The notes: generated by a model from the sequence alone, not told the origin. Shown: positions 26,120-35,758, numbered from the stretch's first letter. The stretch is DNA of 64,000 nt from a bacterium (GCA_025782575.1 JALGYY010000035.1:20670-84669); one strand, 5' to 3'. Translations and numbers: made by a program.

Positions 26120-26896
26120 GTGGATCTGGGAACCGTTATCGGCATTGTCGCCGGCTCGGCTCTTCTTATCGGTTCCATTCTCATGGGGGGGAGTCTCGGC
26201 GCCTTCATCAACGTCCCCTCGCTCCTGATCGTGATCGGGGGAAGCATGGCCGCTACCCTGATCAATTACCCTCTCCCGGACTTCTTGGGGGTTATGAAGG
26301 TGGTCAAGAACGCCTTCATGAACAAATCGGTCAGCGCCGAAGATACGATCCGCACTCTCACCGGCTTCGCAGAAACCGCCAGGCGGGAAGGCCTTCTCGC
26401 CCTCGAAGAACAGCTGAAATCCGTGGAGGACAAGTTTCTCCGGGGAGGAATGGAATTGGCCATCGACGGAATGGACCTCGAACGGATCGACGGTCTTCTA
26501 TCGATGGAAATCTCTCTGCTCGGTGACCGTCACAAGCGGGGCCAGGACATGTTCAAGCAGATGGCGAAATACGCCCCCGCATTCGGCATGATGGGCACTC
26601 TTATCGGTCTGATTCAGATGCTCAAAAATGTGAACGATCCCTCCAGCATCGGTCCTGGTATGGCCGTCGCTCTTCTGACGACCTTTTACGGTACTTTGAT
26701 GGCCAACCTGATCTGTCTTCCCCTTGCGGGGAAGCTGGAGACGATTTCAGAGAACGAGAAACTCGTCAAAGAACTGACCCTCGAGGGAATCAAAGCGATT
26801 CAGTCGGGCGACAACCCGAAGCTCGTCGAGAAGAAGCTCATGACCTTCTTGCCACCGGCGATCCGAGAGGGAGTCGAGAGCGAGAAAGCAGCGTAA
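26120..26896 (+). CDS. motA: Flagellar stator A subunit (PomA/MotP-like)
   Basis: MDLGT.IG, PS.LIV.GG, ARREGLLALE, APAFGMMGTLIGL, ALLTTFYG. Confidence 0.96.
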   Translation: MDLGTVIGIVAGSALLIGSILMGGSLGAFINVPSLLIVIGGSMAATLINYPLPDFLGVMKVVKNAFMNKSVSAEDTIRTLTGFAETARREGLLALEEQLKSVEDKFLRGGMELAIDGMDLERIDGLLSMEISLLGDRHKRGQDMFKQMAKYAPAFGMMGTLIGLIQMLKNVNDPSSIGPGMAVALLTTFYGTLMANLICLPLAGKLETISENEKLVKELTLEGIKAIQSGDNPKLVEKKLMTFLPPAIREGVESEKAA

Positions 26897-27643
26897 GTGG
26901 CGAAGGAAAAGCGGGAGGTAATACAGGAAGAAAACGCTTCCTGGCTCGCGACATTCGGTGATCTCGCCACACTGCTATTCACGTTCTATTGCCTGATCTA
27001 CGCATCCTGCACTTATCGGCCCGGGGATTGGGAGACAGCCAAGAGCGCCGCCCTCGAGAAGATGCTCTCCGTGCTTGCCGGCGGTTCGAAGATGAGTCTC
27101 GTGGAAGGTCAGGGAGACGGCCCGATGACCGGCCAAAACGGGGTGATCCCGCTGTTCGCCTCCGGATCGGAGATGGCGGAGGAAGAGCGTAGCCGGATGT
27201 CCGATCGGATCGAAGAGGCGAGCGCCCTCATGCCGGAAAAGGGGGGCATCGAATTGGAGGGAACCGAAAGCGGCATCGTGTTTCGGATCGGAGACGCCAT
27301 CGTGTTTCCATCGGGGAGCGTCACGCCGGCGCCGAGAACGATGCCCTTCCTCGCGGCGGTGGCAGCGCTGATCCGTGTCAGACCGGCTGAAGTGACCGTC
27401 GTCGGTCATACCTGTGACCTCCCCACATACAGCTTGCGCTACCCGTCCAACTGGGAGTTATCCGGATTCCGGGCGGCTGCAGTCGCGCGAGAACTCATCC
27501 GAGAGGGGCTCGGAGATTCCAGTCTTAAGATCCGAGCCGCCGGTGAGCATTATAGCCGAGTGCCGAACCTCGATGAGGAGAGCCGCAGGCTGAACAGGCG
27601 AGTCGAGATCCGAGTCGATTTCCCCGAACTTATCGGAGAGTAG
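26897..27643 (+). CDS. motB: Flagellar stator B subunit 1 (TM Asp retained)
   Basis: WLATFGDLATLLFTF TM; OmpA-like domain GHTCD, SNWELS..RA, NRRVEI. Confidence 0.9.
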   Translation: MAKEKREVIQEENASWLATFGDLATLLFTFYCLIYASCTYRPGDWETAKSAALEKMLSVLAGGSKMSLVEGQGDGPMTGQNGVIPLFASGSEMAEEERSRMSDRIEEASALMPEKGGIELEGTESGIVFRIGDAIVFPSGSVTPAPRTMPFLAAVAALIRVRPAEVTVVGHTCDLPTYSLRYPSNWELSGFRAAAVARELIREGLGDSSLKIRAAGEHYSRVPNLDEESRRLNRRVEIRVDFPELIGE

Positions 27644-27645
27644 AC

Positions 27646-28371
27646 ATGGCGGGCAAGAAGCTGAAGCCGCTAATTATCCCGGCAGATGAGTCATTCGAAA
27701 TGACTTATATTGCGCTCATGCTCCTCCTGCTTTGCTTCATGGTCATCATGGTCTCACTCGCCCAGATCGATGATCCCCGATTCAAAGAGGCTATCGGTTC
27801 CGTTCGAGGCGCGTTCTCCTTTCTTTCCAACAAACAGGAAAGCAGCATGATCGCGAGTGGAGGCCCGGGTGTCCTGTACCACATGAAGGGTGAGGAATCC
27901 AAAAAGCATAGAGTAGAGAGGCTGAGGGAGACTCTGGAGGCGAAGCTGGGTGACGACTTTAAGAGCCTCGTCAGGATCGAGGAGACCGAGCACGGCATCC
28001 AGGTAACACTCGGCGGCCTGATTCTCTTCGACCCGGGCGCAGCGAATACGCGGACGAATGCAGCTCCGGTTCTCGATGAAATCGCCGCCATCGCCCAGGA
28101 ATGGACCGCTCGTGTGATCGTCAGCGGCCACACCGATGACCTCCCGATCCGAAGTCCTGTCTATGCGTCGAACTGGGAACTGTCGGTCAGCCGTGCGGCG
28201 ACCGTCGTCCGGTATCTCGAAAACAAGGGTGTGCCGGGTACCGACCTTACCGCTCTAGGATTGGCCCATACAAGACCACTGGTTCCCAACAATTCAATTG
28301 TCCACCGACTATTGAATCGACGTGTGGAGATCTCTATTGAGTACGATGATCCCTCGTCCGATCTGTTGTAG
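27646..28371 (+). CDS. motB: Flagellar stator B subunit 2 (TM Asp absent)
   Basis: FEMTYIALMLLLLCFMV TM; OmpA-like domain GHTDD, SNWELS..RA, NRRVEI. Confidence 0.85.
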   Translation: MAGKKLKPLIIPADESFEMTYIALMLLLLCFMVIMVSLAQIDDPRFKEAIGSVRGAFSFLSNKQESSMIASGGPGVLYHMKGEESKKHRVERLRETLEAKLGDDFKSLVRIEETEHGIQVTLGGLILFDPGAANTRTNAAPVLDEIAAIAQEWTARVIVSGHTDDLPIRSPVYASNWELSVSRAATVVRYLENKGVPGTDLTALGLAHTRPLVPNNSIVHRLLNRRVEISIEYDDPSSDLL

Positions 28372-28400
28372 AGAGGAATGACTACCGGGAGAAGCGTCAT

Positions 28401-29273
28401 ATGCTGACAAAGATCGAGATCAATTCGAAAGACTTTCTTCATGGTCATTGTTCCTTGCCTCCTCTGCCTGAGGTGGTCGGCAAGGTTCAGTCGATGATCA
28501 ATGACGATAACGTAGAAATCACAAAAGTAGCCGACGTTATCAGTTCAGATCCGGCCATGCTCGCCCAGGTTCTCAAAGTGGTGAATTCCGCTTACTATGG
28601 CCTGCCGCGGGAGATCACAAAGGCGCGCTACGCGATCACGTTTCTAGGCTACAATGAAATCTATCGAATGGTCCTCTCCCTCTCGGTAATCAAGACGATC
28701 GGAGTCAAGGACAAGAAAGCAATCTCCGACTACTGGCGCCATTCGTTCTACACGGCGATCTGCGCTCGCCACCTGGCGGTTGTACACGCCCCGACACTCT
28801 CGCTCGAGGAGTTATGGTCGGCTGCAATCCTCCACGATATCGGCAAGCTTGTTTACCTGAAGTTCTTCCCCGAGCACTACGAAGAGATCTCTAAGCTCGC
28901 GGAGAAGGACGGGCTCCTCTTCAGCGATGCCGAGTCCGCGCTTGAACAGCCCCCGAGCTCCGAGATGGGCTCTTTACTCTGCGGGAACTGGCGACTGCCC
29001 GATACCATACGGGTAGCGTGTGAATGCCATTCTCTTCAGTCCCTGAAGGATCTCAAATCAACTGATGACGATTATGACTTCAAGCGAATGATCTGCCTCG
29101 CCAATCTTCTGGCAGCCCTCTCAGCCAGTCCGCTTTCCGTAGAAAGCCGTGAACTTGTCTATGATGCTGTGTCTGGGGCTCTGGCGCTCGACGAAACCGA
29201 ATTCCTTCTGCTGATGGCGGATATCCGCGATCTGCAGACCGAAGTGGACGGTTTCATGGCCCAATTTTCCTGA
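28401..29273 (+). CDS. HDOD domain protein
   Basis: LPPLPEV, DPA..A.VLK.VNSAYYG, AI..LG, W.HS, LHDIGK, W.LP. Confidence 0.93.
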   Translation: MLTKIEINSKDFLHGHCSLPPLPEVVGKVQSMINDDNVEITKVADVISSDPAMLAQVLKVVNSAYYGLPREITKARYAITFLGYNEIYRMVLSLSVIKTIGVKDKKAISDYWRHSFYTAICARHLAVVHAPTLSLEELWSAAILHDIGKLVYLKFFPEHYEEISKLAEKDGLLFSDAESALEQPPSSEMGSLLCGNWRLPDTIRVACECHSLQSLKDLKSTDDDYDFKRMICLANLLAALSASPLSVESRELVYDAVSGALALDETEFLLLMADIRDLQTEVDGFMAQFS

Positions 29274-29403
29274 GACCCACTCTGCCTGAAACTGAAGATA
29301 CGATGATACGGAGGGCCGGTAGGTAGGCTTTGATTCCGGGTAATTCGTATTCCGCGCGACAACCAACTCGACGAAATTACCGCCGTCTATCTGAGTACTT
29401 AGG

Positions 29404-29994
29404 CTAAATCAATTCGTCGAATAGAGTCTGAGAAGAGTCGTCTGAATAGGGGCTTTCTACCGAGGCAGGTCCGGAAAATTTTCCCTCCCCATGATCGGCA
29501 CCCGTCTCCGGAACCGTCTCCTGGTCCGCATTCGTCGCTTCAGCCTCACGGGTCAGCTCCGCGCGCGCCTCGGATTCCAGGCTGGCGGCTTCAGCAGCCG
29601 CACGACGATCAGCAGTGGATGGGTCAGCCGGGGCCAGCGCGGCTCCTCTGATCGTCTGTGCCTTCTTGATCGTCTCCCGGGGGGTACTCGCCTCACTCAG
29701 ATCGATGGGAACTTCACCACCTACGGCATATCTCTTCCCGTCGGGCCCCGTCGTGTAGTCGAAACTGGCGGGCCCTGTCCTGTAAGGGCCGAGCGCGCTC
29801 AAGTGAGCCTGTTCGTGGGATTTGACCTGCTGATCTCTCTTGCGGAGCTCCACCACCTCCCGCTTTTCCTCGGGAGAAAGTTCCTGGGTTCCCTTTGCCG
29901 CCGTTTCGGGATGCTGCTCGCGCTCTCTCGATTGAACGGTCGGAGTGTACGGAACGGGCGTGGCGGTAGTGGATGAGATAGGACCAACTGACAC
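29404..29994 (-). CDS. SprA-related family protein (HExxH-containing)
   Basis: L..RD..V..HEQAH, Y..GPDGKRYAVGGEV.ID, AALAPADPS.AD. Confidence 0.88.
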   Translation of the reverse strand: MSVGPISSTTATPVPYTPTVQSREREQHPETAAKGTQELSPEEKREVVELRKRDQQVKSHEQAHLSALGPYRTGPASFDYTTGPDGKRYAVGGEVPIDLSEASTPRETIKKAQTIRGAALAPADPSTADRRAAAEAASLESEARAELTREAEATNADQETVPETGADHGEGKFSGPASVESPYSDDSSQTLFDELI

Positions 29995-30025
29995 TGAACA
30001 CCTCCGGGATAATGCCTATTCTATC

Positions 30026-30052
30026 CAATCGTTGATTTCCCGTAAAACTTGA
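30026..30052 (-). promoter_or_regulatory. Sigma-28 promoter of the SprA-related gene
   Basis: Minus strand TCAAGTTT-N11-AACGATTG, closely matching the fliC promoter; GGAGG SD follows. Confidence 0.65.
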
Positions 30053-30195
30053 GGGCCGGCGAGCGTTTTCTTTACGCTTTTCACAATGGTACCGGAAGGA
30101 CTCCAGCGGAATGGGAGGGCCTGAATGGGAATCCGAAGGACCGGTGTGGCTTCTGGTAGTTCACAGAGGCCCGGATCACACATGGGGAAAGTTCG

Positions 30196-30268
30196 TGAGC
30201 CGTGCAGGGATCGAACCTGCGACAGCCTGCTTAAAAGGCAGGTGCTCTACCGACTGAGCTAACGGCCC
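30196..30268 (-). tRNA. tRNA-Lys(TTT)
   Basis: Cloverleaf GGGCCGT/ACGGCTC acceptor, TAGCTCAG..GGTAGAGC D arm, CCTGC-CTTTTAA-GCAGG anticodon arm, GGTTCGA T loop; CCA not encoded. Confidence 0.97.
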
Positions 30269-30312
30269 TACGAATGGACTCTATTTTATGACCGGGTACG
30301 GTATAACGCAAC

Positions 30313-31608
30313 TCACGATTGTGGTTTTTGCGGAAGAACCTCGCAGCGGATCGTAGCCGAACGCTCCGGACCGATCGAAATGAGCCTGATCGGAGTTTTC
30401 AGTTGATCCGCGACGCCCTGTACATAGCGCCTCGCTTCTTCCGGGAGCTTCTCGAAAGATGTAATCCCATCGAGACTCCGGCTCCACCCAGGCCAGATCT
30501 CGTAGACCGGCTCGACACGGTCAAGATCGTTAGGAAGATGGGGAAGATGATCGAGCGGTTCGCCGTCCAGCTCGTAACCGGTCGCCACCGGGATCTCATC
30601 ACGGCCGGTCAGCACATCCAGCTTCGTGAGAGCGATTTTGCTCAGCCCGTTCCAGAGAACGGACGACCGAAGAAGGGGTAGATCAAGCCAGCCACATCGA
30701 CGAGGCCTTCCTGTGGTCGTACCGAATTCGCGGCCCCGCTCCCGGAGCCATTCACCGTCCTCCCCTTCTAATTCAGTGGGAAACGGACCGTTTCCTACCC
30801 GCGTCGTATACGCCTTGGCGACGCCCACCACCGAATCGATCCGGAGAGGGCCGATTCCGATACCCGTACAGGCCGAGCCGGCGAGGGTACTGGATGAAGT
30901 CACGAAGGGGTAGGTCCCTCCATAGATATCCAGGTGCGTCCCTTGCGCCCCTTCAAGAAGCACGTTTTCGCCGGCCAGGATCGCCTCGTTCACCTCTTTC
31001 GCACAATCTCCGAGCAGGGGACCGATGATCTCCGCCCAGCGACGCCACTCTTTCAGCGTTACGGCCCACTCGAGCCCCCGCTCTCCTGCCTGAGCCAGCT
31101 TTCTTATCCCCTGATCATGGGCTGCCTTCAGCCGTTCTTCTCCATTCTTGTCGAGCAGGGCGGACAGGAGAAGCGTGGTTCGTGCGGTCCGATCCTCATA
31201 CGCCGGCCCGATGCCTCTCCCCGTGGTTCCAAGAGCGGCGTTCGGCCTTCTACTCTCCTCCAGATTGTCTCGCGCCACATGATGGGGCAGGACAAATGCG
31301 GCGCGGGGACTGATGATGAGCCTCGAACGGATGTCGATGCCCCGCTCTTCCAGTCCCTCGATCTCCAGGATCAGCTGATCCGGATCGATCACCATTCCCC
31401 AGCCCAGGCCGCATCGGACTCCCGGCCTCACGGCGCCGGAAGGGAGGAGGTGAAGGGCAAACTCCTCCTTCGCTGTCTTCACGGTGTGACCGGCGTTCGC
31501 CCCCCCCTGGAACCGCACGGTCCAGGTAGCATCTCCGGCAAGAAGGTCGATGACCTTTCCCTTACCCTCGTCACCCCACTGCGTACCGAGAACGATACTG
31601 GTGGACAT
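30313..31608 (-). CDS. purA: Adenylosuccinate synthetase
   Basis: G.QWGDEGKGK, FQGGANAGHT, EGAQG, GTYPFVTSS, TTGRPRRCGW. Confidence 0.98.
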   Translation of the reverse strand: MSTSIVLGTQWGDEGKGKVIDLLAGDATWTVRFQGGANAGHTVKTAKEEFALHLLPSGAVRPGVRCGLGWGMVIDPDQLILEIEGLEERGIDIRSRLIISPRAAFVLPHHVARDNLEESRRPNAALGTTGRGIGPAYEDRTARTTLLLSALLDKNGEERLKAAHDQGIRKLAQAGERGLEWAVTLKEWRRWAEIIGPLLGDCAKEVNEAILAGENVLLEGAQGTHLDIYGGTYPFVTSSSTLAGSACTGIGIGPLRIDSVVGVAKAYTTRVGNGPFPTELEGEDGEWLRERGREFGTTTGRPRRCGWLDLPLLRSSVLWNGLSKIALTKLDVLTGRDEIPVATGYELDGEPLDHLPHLPNDLDRVEPVYEIWPGWSRSLDGITSFEKLPEEARRYVQGVADQLKTPIRLISIGPERSATIRCEVLPQKPQS

Positions 31609-31610
31609 CC

Positions 31611-32738
31611 CTATTCTCCACTCTCTTGAGCGGCGGCCACGCCCGCCCCACGGGGGAAGGTGTGGCCCAACTCGGCGAGTACTGATTCGAGTGCTCCAAG
31701 TACGGCCAGAATATCAACATGATCGTAGTAGCCCATGTGGCCGATTCGGAAGATCTTCCCCTTGAGCTCCGCCTGTCCGCCGGCAACCCGGATACCGTGT
31801 CGCTCGGCGAGGAGGGATCGGATCTTCTCGGCATCGATTCCCTTCGGGCCCAGGATCGCCGTAAGTCCGTTGGAGGGGTGCTTGCTGAAGAGCTCGAGTC
31901 CAATCGCTTGGACACCGGCCCGCGTAGCTCGGCCGAGCCCGGCATGGCGCTCGACAATCGCCTCGATCCCCTCTTCACGGATCCGCCTGAGCGATACCGC
32001 CATCGCGACAAAGAGAGGAACGGCCGGCGTGTAGGGTGTGAGGTCCTTCGCCTGTGATTCCCGCGCTTTCTGGGCCGAGAAGTAGTACTTGGGAAGATCA
32101 GACCTCTCCGCAGCTTCCCATGCGCGATCTGAGAATGAAAGAAACGCCAGGCCGGGGGGGCACATGAACGCCTTCTGCGAGCCGCTGACAACAGCATCGA
32201 GACCCCAGTCATCCGGCTTCAGATCGTGAACACCGAGCGAGGTAATTGCGTCGACAACGATCAGCGGATCGAGATCACTTACTTCACTTACAATGCGACG
32301 CACATCTTGAATGGTCCCGGTAGAGGTCTCACTATGGGTCAGGAAGAGTCCGCGGACATTCCCCTGATCACCCAGCCACTGCCTGAGTACCGCCGGATCC
32401 GGCGCATCGCCCCACTCCACATCGTACACGCGAACATCCAGCCCATATACCAGACCGATGTCCCGCCAGCGCTCCCCGAATTTACCGGCAACGACAACCG
32501 CTACGGTGTCTCCGCAGGAGAACAGGTTGGCTACGGTCATCTCCATCGCCCCTGATCCTGAAGCGGTCAGGATCAGCGGCTCCTGGGCTGTCTGAAAAGT
32601 GTATGTCAGGTTGTCGGTCACTTCTCGGAAGAGAGCCTTGAACTCATCCGTCCTGTGATGAAGGGGGGCCTCACCGAGGGCGGTCAAGACGTCGTGGGGC
32701 ACCTCGGTCGGTCCGGGGGTGTACAGGCGGTTCTTCAT
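31611..32738 (-). CDS. Class V PLP aminotransferase (alanine/serine-glyoxylate type)
   Basis: TPGPT, HHRT, SGSGAME, HSETSTG, VDAITS, GSQKA...PPG, RIGHMG. Confidence 0.93.
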   Translation of the reverse strand: MKNRLYTPGPTEVPHDVLTALGEAPLHHRTDEFKALFREVTDNLTYTFQTAQEPLILTASGSGAMEMTVANLFSCGDTVAVVVAGKFGERWRDIGLVYGLDVRVYDVEWGDAPDPAVLRQWLGDQGNVRGLFLTHSETSTGTIQDVRRIVSEVSDLDPLIVVDAITSLGVHDLKPDDWGLDAVVSGSQKAFMCPPGLAFLSFSDRAWEAAERSDLPKYYFSAQKARESQAKDLTPYTPAVPLFVAMAVSLRRIREEGIEAIVERHAGLGRATRAGVQAIGLELFSKHPSNGLTAILGPKGIDAEKIRSLLAERHGIRVAGGQAELKGKIFRIGHMGYYDHVDILAVLGALESVLAELGHTFPRGAGVAAAQESGE

Positions 32739-32741
32739 AGG

Positions 32742-33323
32742 TCAGGCTTTCCCCTGGGTCTCGATCCAGCGTATGAGTTCCTTCTTCCCGTCACCAGTCT
32801 TAGCTGAAAACGGGAGCACGGAAAAGCTGTCCAGTTCGAGGACGGATTGGATCTTATGGAGGGACCGGGCGACCTTGCCCCGGCCGAGCTTATCTGATTT
32901 GGTTGCCACCGCGAGAACCTTTATCCCTCGCCGAACGAGCCACCGGCTCATGATGATGTCCAGCTCAGACGGATCATGACGAATATCCAGAATGTGAACA
33001 CCGGCAACGAGCGATTCCCGGCGGGTGAGATAGCCCTCGATCAATCCCTTCCAGGTACGACGTACCGAATCCGGAACCTTGGCGTACCCATATCCGGGAA
33101 GGTCGACAATTATATAATTCTTGGCGTTATAGAAATTAAGAGCCTGCGTCCGACCGGGCGTTTTACTCGTTCTCGCGAGCCCCTCTCGCCCGGCAACGCA
33201 ATTCAAGAGAGACGATTTTCCCACGTTGGAACGGCCAAGAAGCGCAATCTCAGGCCGTAACGGGCTGGGCAATCCGCTCAGCTTGACAACGGACAGATCA
33301 AATGTAAGAGCGAGTGGTTTCAA
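32742..33323 (-). CDS. engB: Ribosome biogenesis GTPase YihA/YsxC
   Basis: GRSNVGKSSL, SKTPGRT, DLPGYGY, TKSDK. Confidence 0.96.
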   Translation of the reverse strand: MKPLALTFDLSVVKLSGLPSPLRPEIALLGRSNVGKSSLLNCVAGREGLARTSKTPGRTQALNFYNAKNYIIVDLPGYGYAKVPDSVRRTWKGLIEGYLTRRESLVAGVHILDIRHDPSELDIIMSRWLVRRGIKVLAVATKSDKLGRGKVARSLHKIQSVLELDSFSVLPFSAKTGDGKKELIRWIETQGKA

Positions 33324-33336
33324 GTGTTCGGAATTT

Positions 33337-35751
33337 CTAGTGGGTGTAGTAACCGGTCGCCTGAGACCGCGCCCCCCCCCTCGCCAGGAGAGGGATCGAT
33401 TTTTTTGCCTGCTCGACCATCACGAGTGGGAGGACCTGATCCATCCGCTCCACCGTATAAATCGTAAGACCTTTCTTTGCCTCTTCCGGTATCTCGACGA
33501 GGTCCTTCTCGTTTTCTTTCGGGAGAATGACCGTCCGCACACCCGCTCTTAGAGCGGCGACCAGCTTCTCGTTCAAGCCGCCGATAGGGAGGACGTGTCC
33601 CCGAAGAGTAATTTCACCCGTTAGCGCCGTGTCCCGCCTGAGGGCGATGCCGGTAAGTGATGATATGAGAGCGGCCGCGATCGAGATCCCGGCGGACGGA
33701 CCGTCCTTGGGTATTGCTCCTTCCGGGATGTGTACATGGAGATCGATCGTCTCGTAAAAATTCTTGTCCAAACCGAGCGCTTCCGCTCGCGACCGGATGT
33801 AGGTCAACGCCGCCCGCGCCGATTCCCGCATGACATCACCGAGAGTACCGGTAAGAATGAGATTCCCCTTCCCGGGAATTGTCGAGACCTCAATATGAAG
33901 CGTTTCCCCCCCCGTTGACGTCCAGGCCAGGCCGGTCGCCACACCGATCCAGTTTTTCTTATCCACCCGCTTCGTCGAGAACCGAGGAACCCCGAGAAAA
34001 TCGTCCAGATTCCGGCCGTTTACAGAAATCTTCTTTCTCTTCTTGCTCCCGACGACCTTGCGGGCCACTTTTCTGCAGACCCGGGCGATTTCCCGTTCGA
34101 GATTACGAACACCCGCCTCTCTCGTGTAGCCGCGAATGATCGAGCGCAGTGCTTCATTGGTAACTGTAATATCTCTCTTCGAGAGACCGTGCTCTTCCAC
34201 CTGGTGGGGAACCAGAAACCCCTTGGCGATTTCAACTTTCTCAGGTTCCAGATATCCGGGAAGTCTGATGAGTTCCATCCGGTCGAGGAGGGGGGGAGGA
34301 ATACCGTGCAGCGTATTCGCCGTGGTCAGGAACATGACGCGCGAAAGATCGCATTCCACTTCCAGGTAGTGATCACTGAACGTGTGGTTCTGCTCGGGAT
34401 CAAGTACTTCCAATAAGGCAGACGCCGGATCGCCGTGGAAGTCCTTGCTCATTTTGTCCACTTCGTCGAGCAAGAAAACGGGGTTCATGGTGCCCGCTTT
34501 CTTGAGTGACTGAATAATACGACCTGGAAGCGCACCGATGTAAGTCCGCCTGTGACCTCTGATCTCCGCCTCATCCCTCACTCCGCCGAGTGAAACACGA
34601 ATAAACTCGCGGCCGAGGGCTCGGGCGATCGACTTCCCCAGCGATGTTTTTCCAACACCCGGCGGTCCGACGAAGCAGAGGATCGGCCCGCGGATCTTAC
34701 GCGCCAGTTGAATGACAGCGACATATTCGACAATTCGCTGTTTCACTTTTTCGAGTCCAAAATGATCCTCATCAAGAATGCGCATCACATCGTTCAGGTC
34801 GCCCGTATCATCGGACTCCACTCCCCATGGCACGTTAAGAAGCCAATCGATGTAGTTCCTCGCCACGGTCGCCTCCGGTGAGAGGGGGGGCATCTTCCCC
34901 AGCTTCTCGATCTCCTTCAACGCCTTGTCAGCTACCAGATCAGGCATATTCGATTCGGCCACCGCCTCGGCCAGTTCGCCGACTTCGGAGCCCCCTTCCG
35001 TCCCGGCACCCAGTTCCTTCCTGATCGCCTTCAACTGCTCGTTCAGGTAGAACTCTTTCTGATTCTTCTGAACCTGGGAGCGGACCTCGCCTTCGATTTT
35101 CTTTTCGATGCGAAGTATTTCGAGTTCGTTGGAGAGGATTCGAGATAGCTCCTGAAAGCGGGCTTTGGTCGTCCCCTTGTCGAGCACACTCTGTTTGGTT
35201 GCCAGCGAAACCGACAGATGAGCCCCGATCATCTCTACCAGGTGATCCCGGTCGGTCACATTACCGATCGAGATCAGGATCTCCTCGGGAATCTTCTTGT
35301 GGAGCTTGACGTACTCTTCAAACTGTCCTTCCACGGAGCGGACAAGAGCTGACAGCTCGGAACCGGCCCTGGAAGCTTTTCCGTAACCGGAAATACCGAC
35401 CGTCACGTGGGGCTGCGTCTTGACATACTCGCCGAGTTCTACGCGCCCGAGGCCCTCGACCAGAACCTTGATCGTGTTGTCGGGGAGGCGTAGGAGCTGA
35501 AGCACACGAACCACTGTGCCCACACTATGGAGATCTTTCCGCTTGGGCTCGGCGATCTCCGCGCGCCTCTGTGCGGCCACGACAAGCAGGCGATCCTTGT
35601 CAACTGCGGCTGTGAGAGCCGCAACCGATTTCGGCCGCCCCACAAGAAGCGGAATGATCATATAGGGAAACACGACGACGTCCCGGAGAGGGAGCAGTGC
35701 TAATTCCTCCGGGACCCGAATGGTCTCATCTTCGCGCCGAATCTTGATCAT
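33337..35751 (-). CDS. lon: Lon protease
   Basis: LPLRD.VVFP, GPPGVGKTS, GHRRTYIGA, PKDGPSAG, PIGGL.EK. Confidence 0.98.
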   Translation of the reverse strand: MIKIRREDETIRVPEELALLPLRDVVVFPYMIIPLLVGRPKSVAALTAAVDKDRLLVVAAQRRAEIAEPKRKDLHSVGTVVRVLQLLRLPDNTIKVLVEGLGRVELGEYVKTQPHVTVGISGYGKASRAGSELSALVRSVEGQFEEYVKLHKKIPEEILISIGNVTDRDHLVEMIGAHLSVSLATKQSVLDKGTTKARFQELSRILSNELEILRIEKKIEGEVRSQVQKNQKEFYLNEQLKAIRKELGAGTEGGSEVGELAEAVAESNMPDLVADKALKEIEKLGKMPPLSPEATVARNYIDWLLNVPWGVESDDTGDLNDVMRILDEDHFGLEKVKQRIVEYVAVIQLARKIRGPILCFVGPPGVGKTSLGKSIARALGREFIRVSLGGVRDEAEIRGHRRTYIGALPGRIIQSLKKAGTMNPVFLLDEVDKMSKDFHGDPASALLEVLDPEQNHTFSDHYLEVECDLSRVMFLTTANTLHGIPPPLLDRMELIRLPGYLEPEKVEIAKGFLVPHQVEEHGLSKRDITVTNEALRSIIRGYTREAGVRNLEREIARVCRKVARKVVGSKKRKKISVNGRNLDDFLGVPRFSTKRVDKKNWIGVATGLAWTSTGGETLHIEVSTIPGKGNLILTGTLGDVMRESARAALTYIRSRAEALGLDKNFYETIDLHVHIPEGAIPKDGPSAGISIAAALISSLTGIALRRDTALTGEITLRGHVLPIGGLNEKLVAALRAGVRTVILPKENEKDLVEIPEEAKKGLTIYTVERMDQVLPLVMVEQAKKSIPLLARGGARSQATGYYTH

Positions 35752-35758
35752 GTGATGC

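Noticed and set aside
29309-29320. GAGGGCCGG recurring in intergenic DNA (also near 30051 and 58408 on the minus strand) as a REP-like repeat
   Set aside because: Short GC-rich 9-mer, non-palindromic, compatible with chance
29339-29381. Imperfect inverted repeat GGTAATTCGT...ACGAAATTACC between convergent genes
   Set aside because: Long loop and no U-tract; too weak to call a terminator or mobile element end
29274-30268. Flagellar cluster as an island integrated at the tRNA-Lys 3' end
   Set aside because: No integrase, no duplicated tRNA end noticed, no obvious compositional shift
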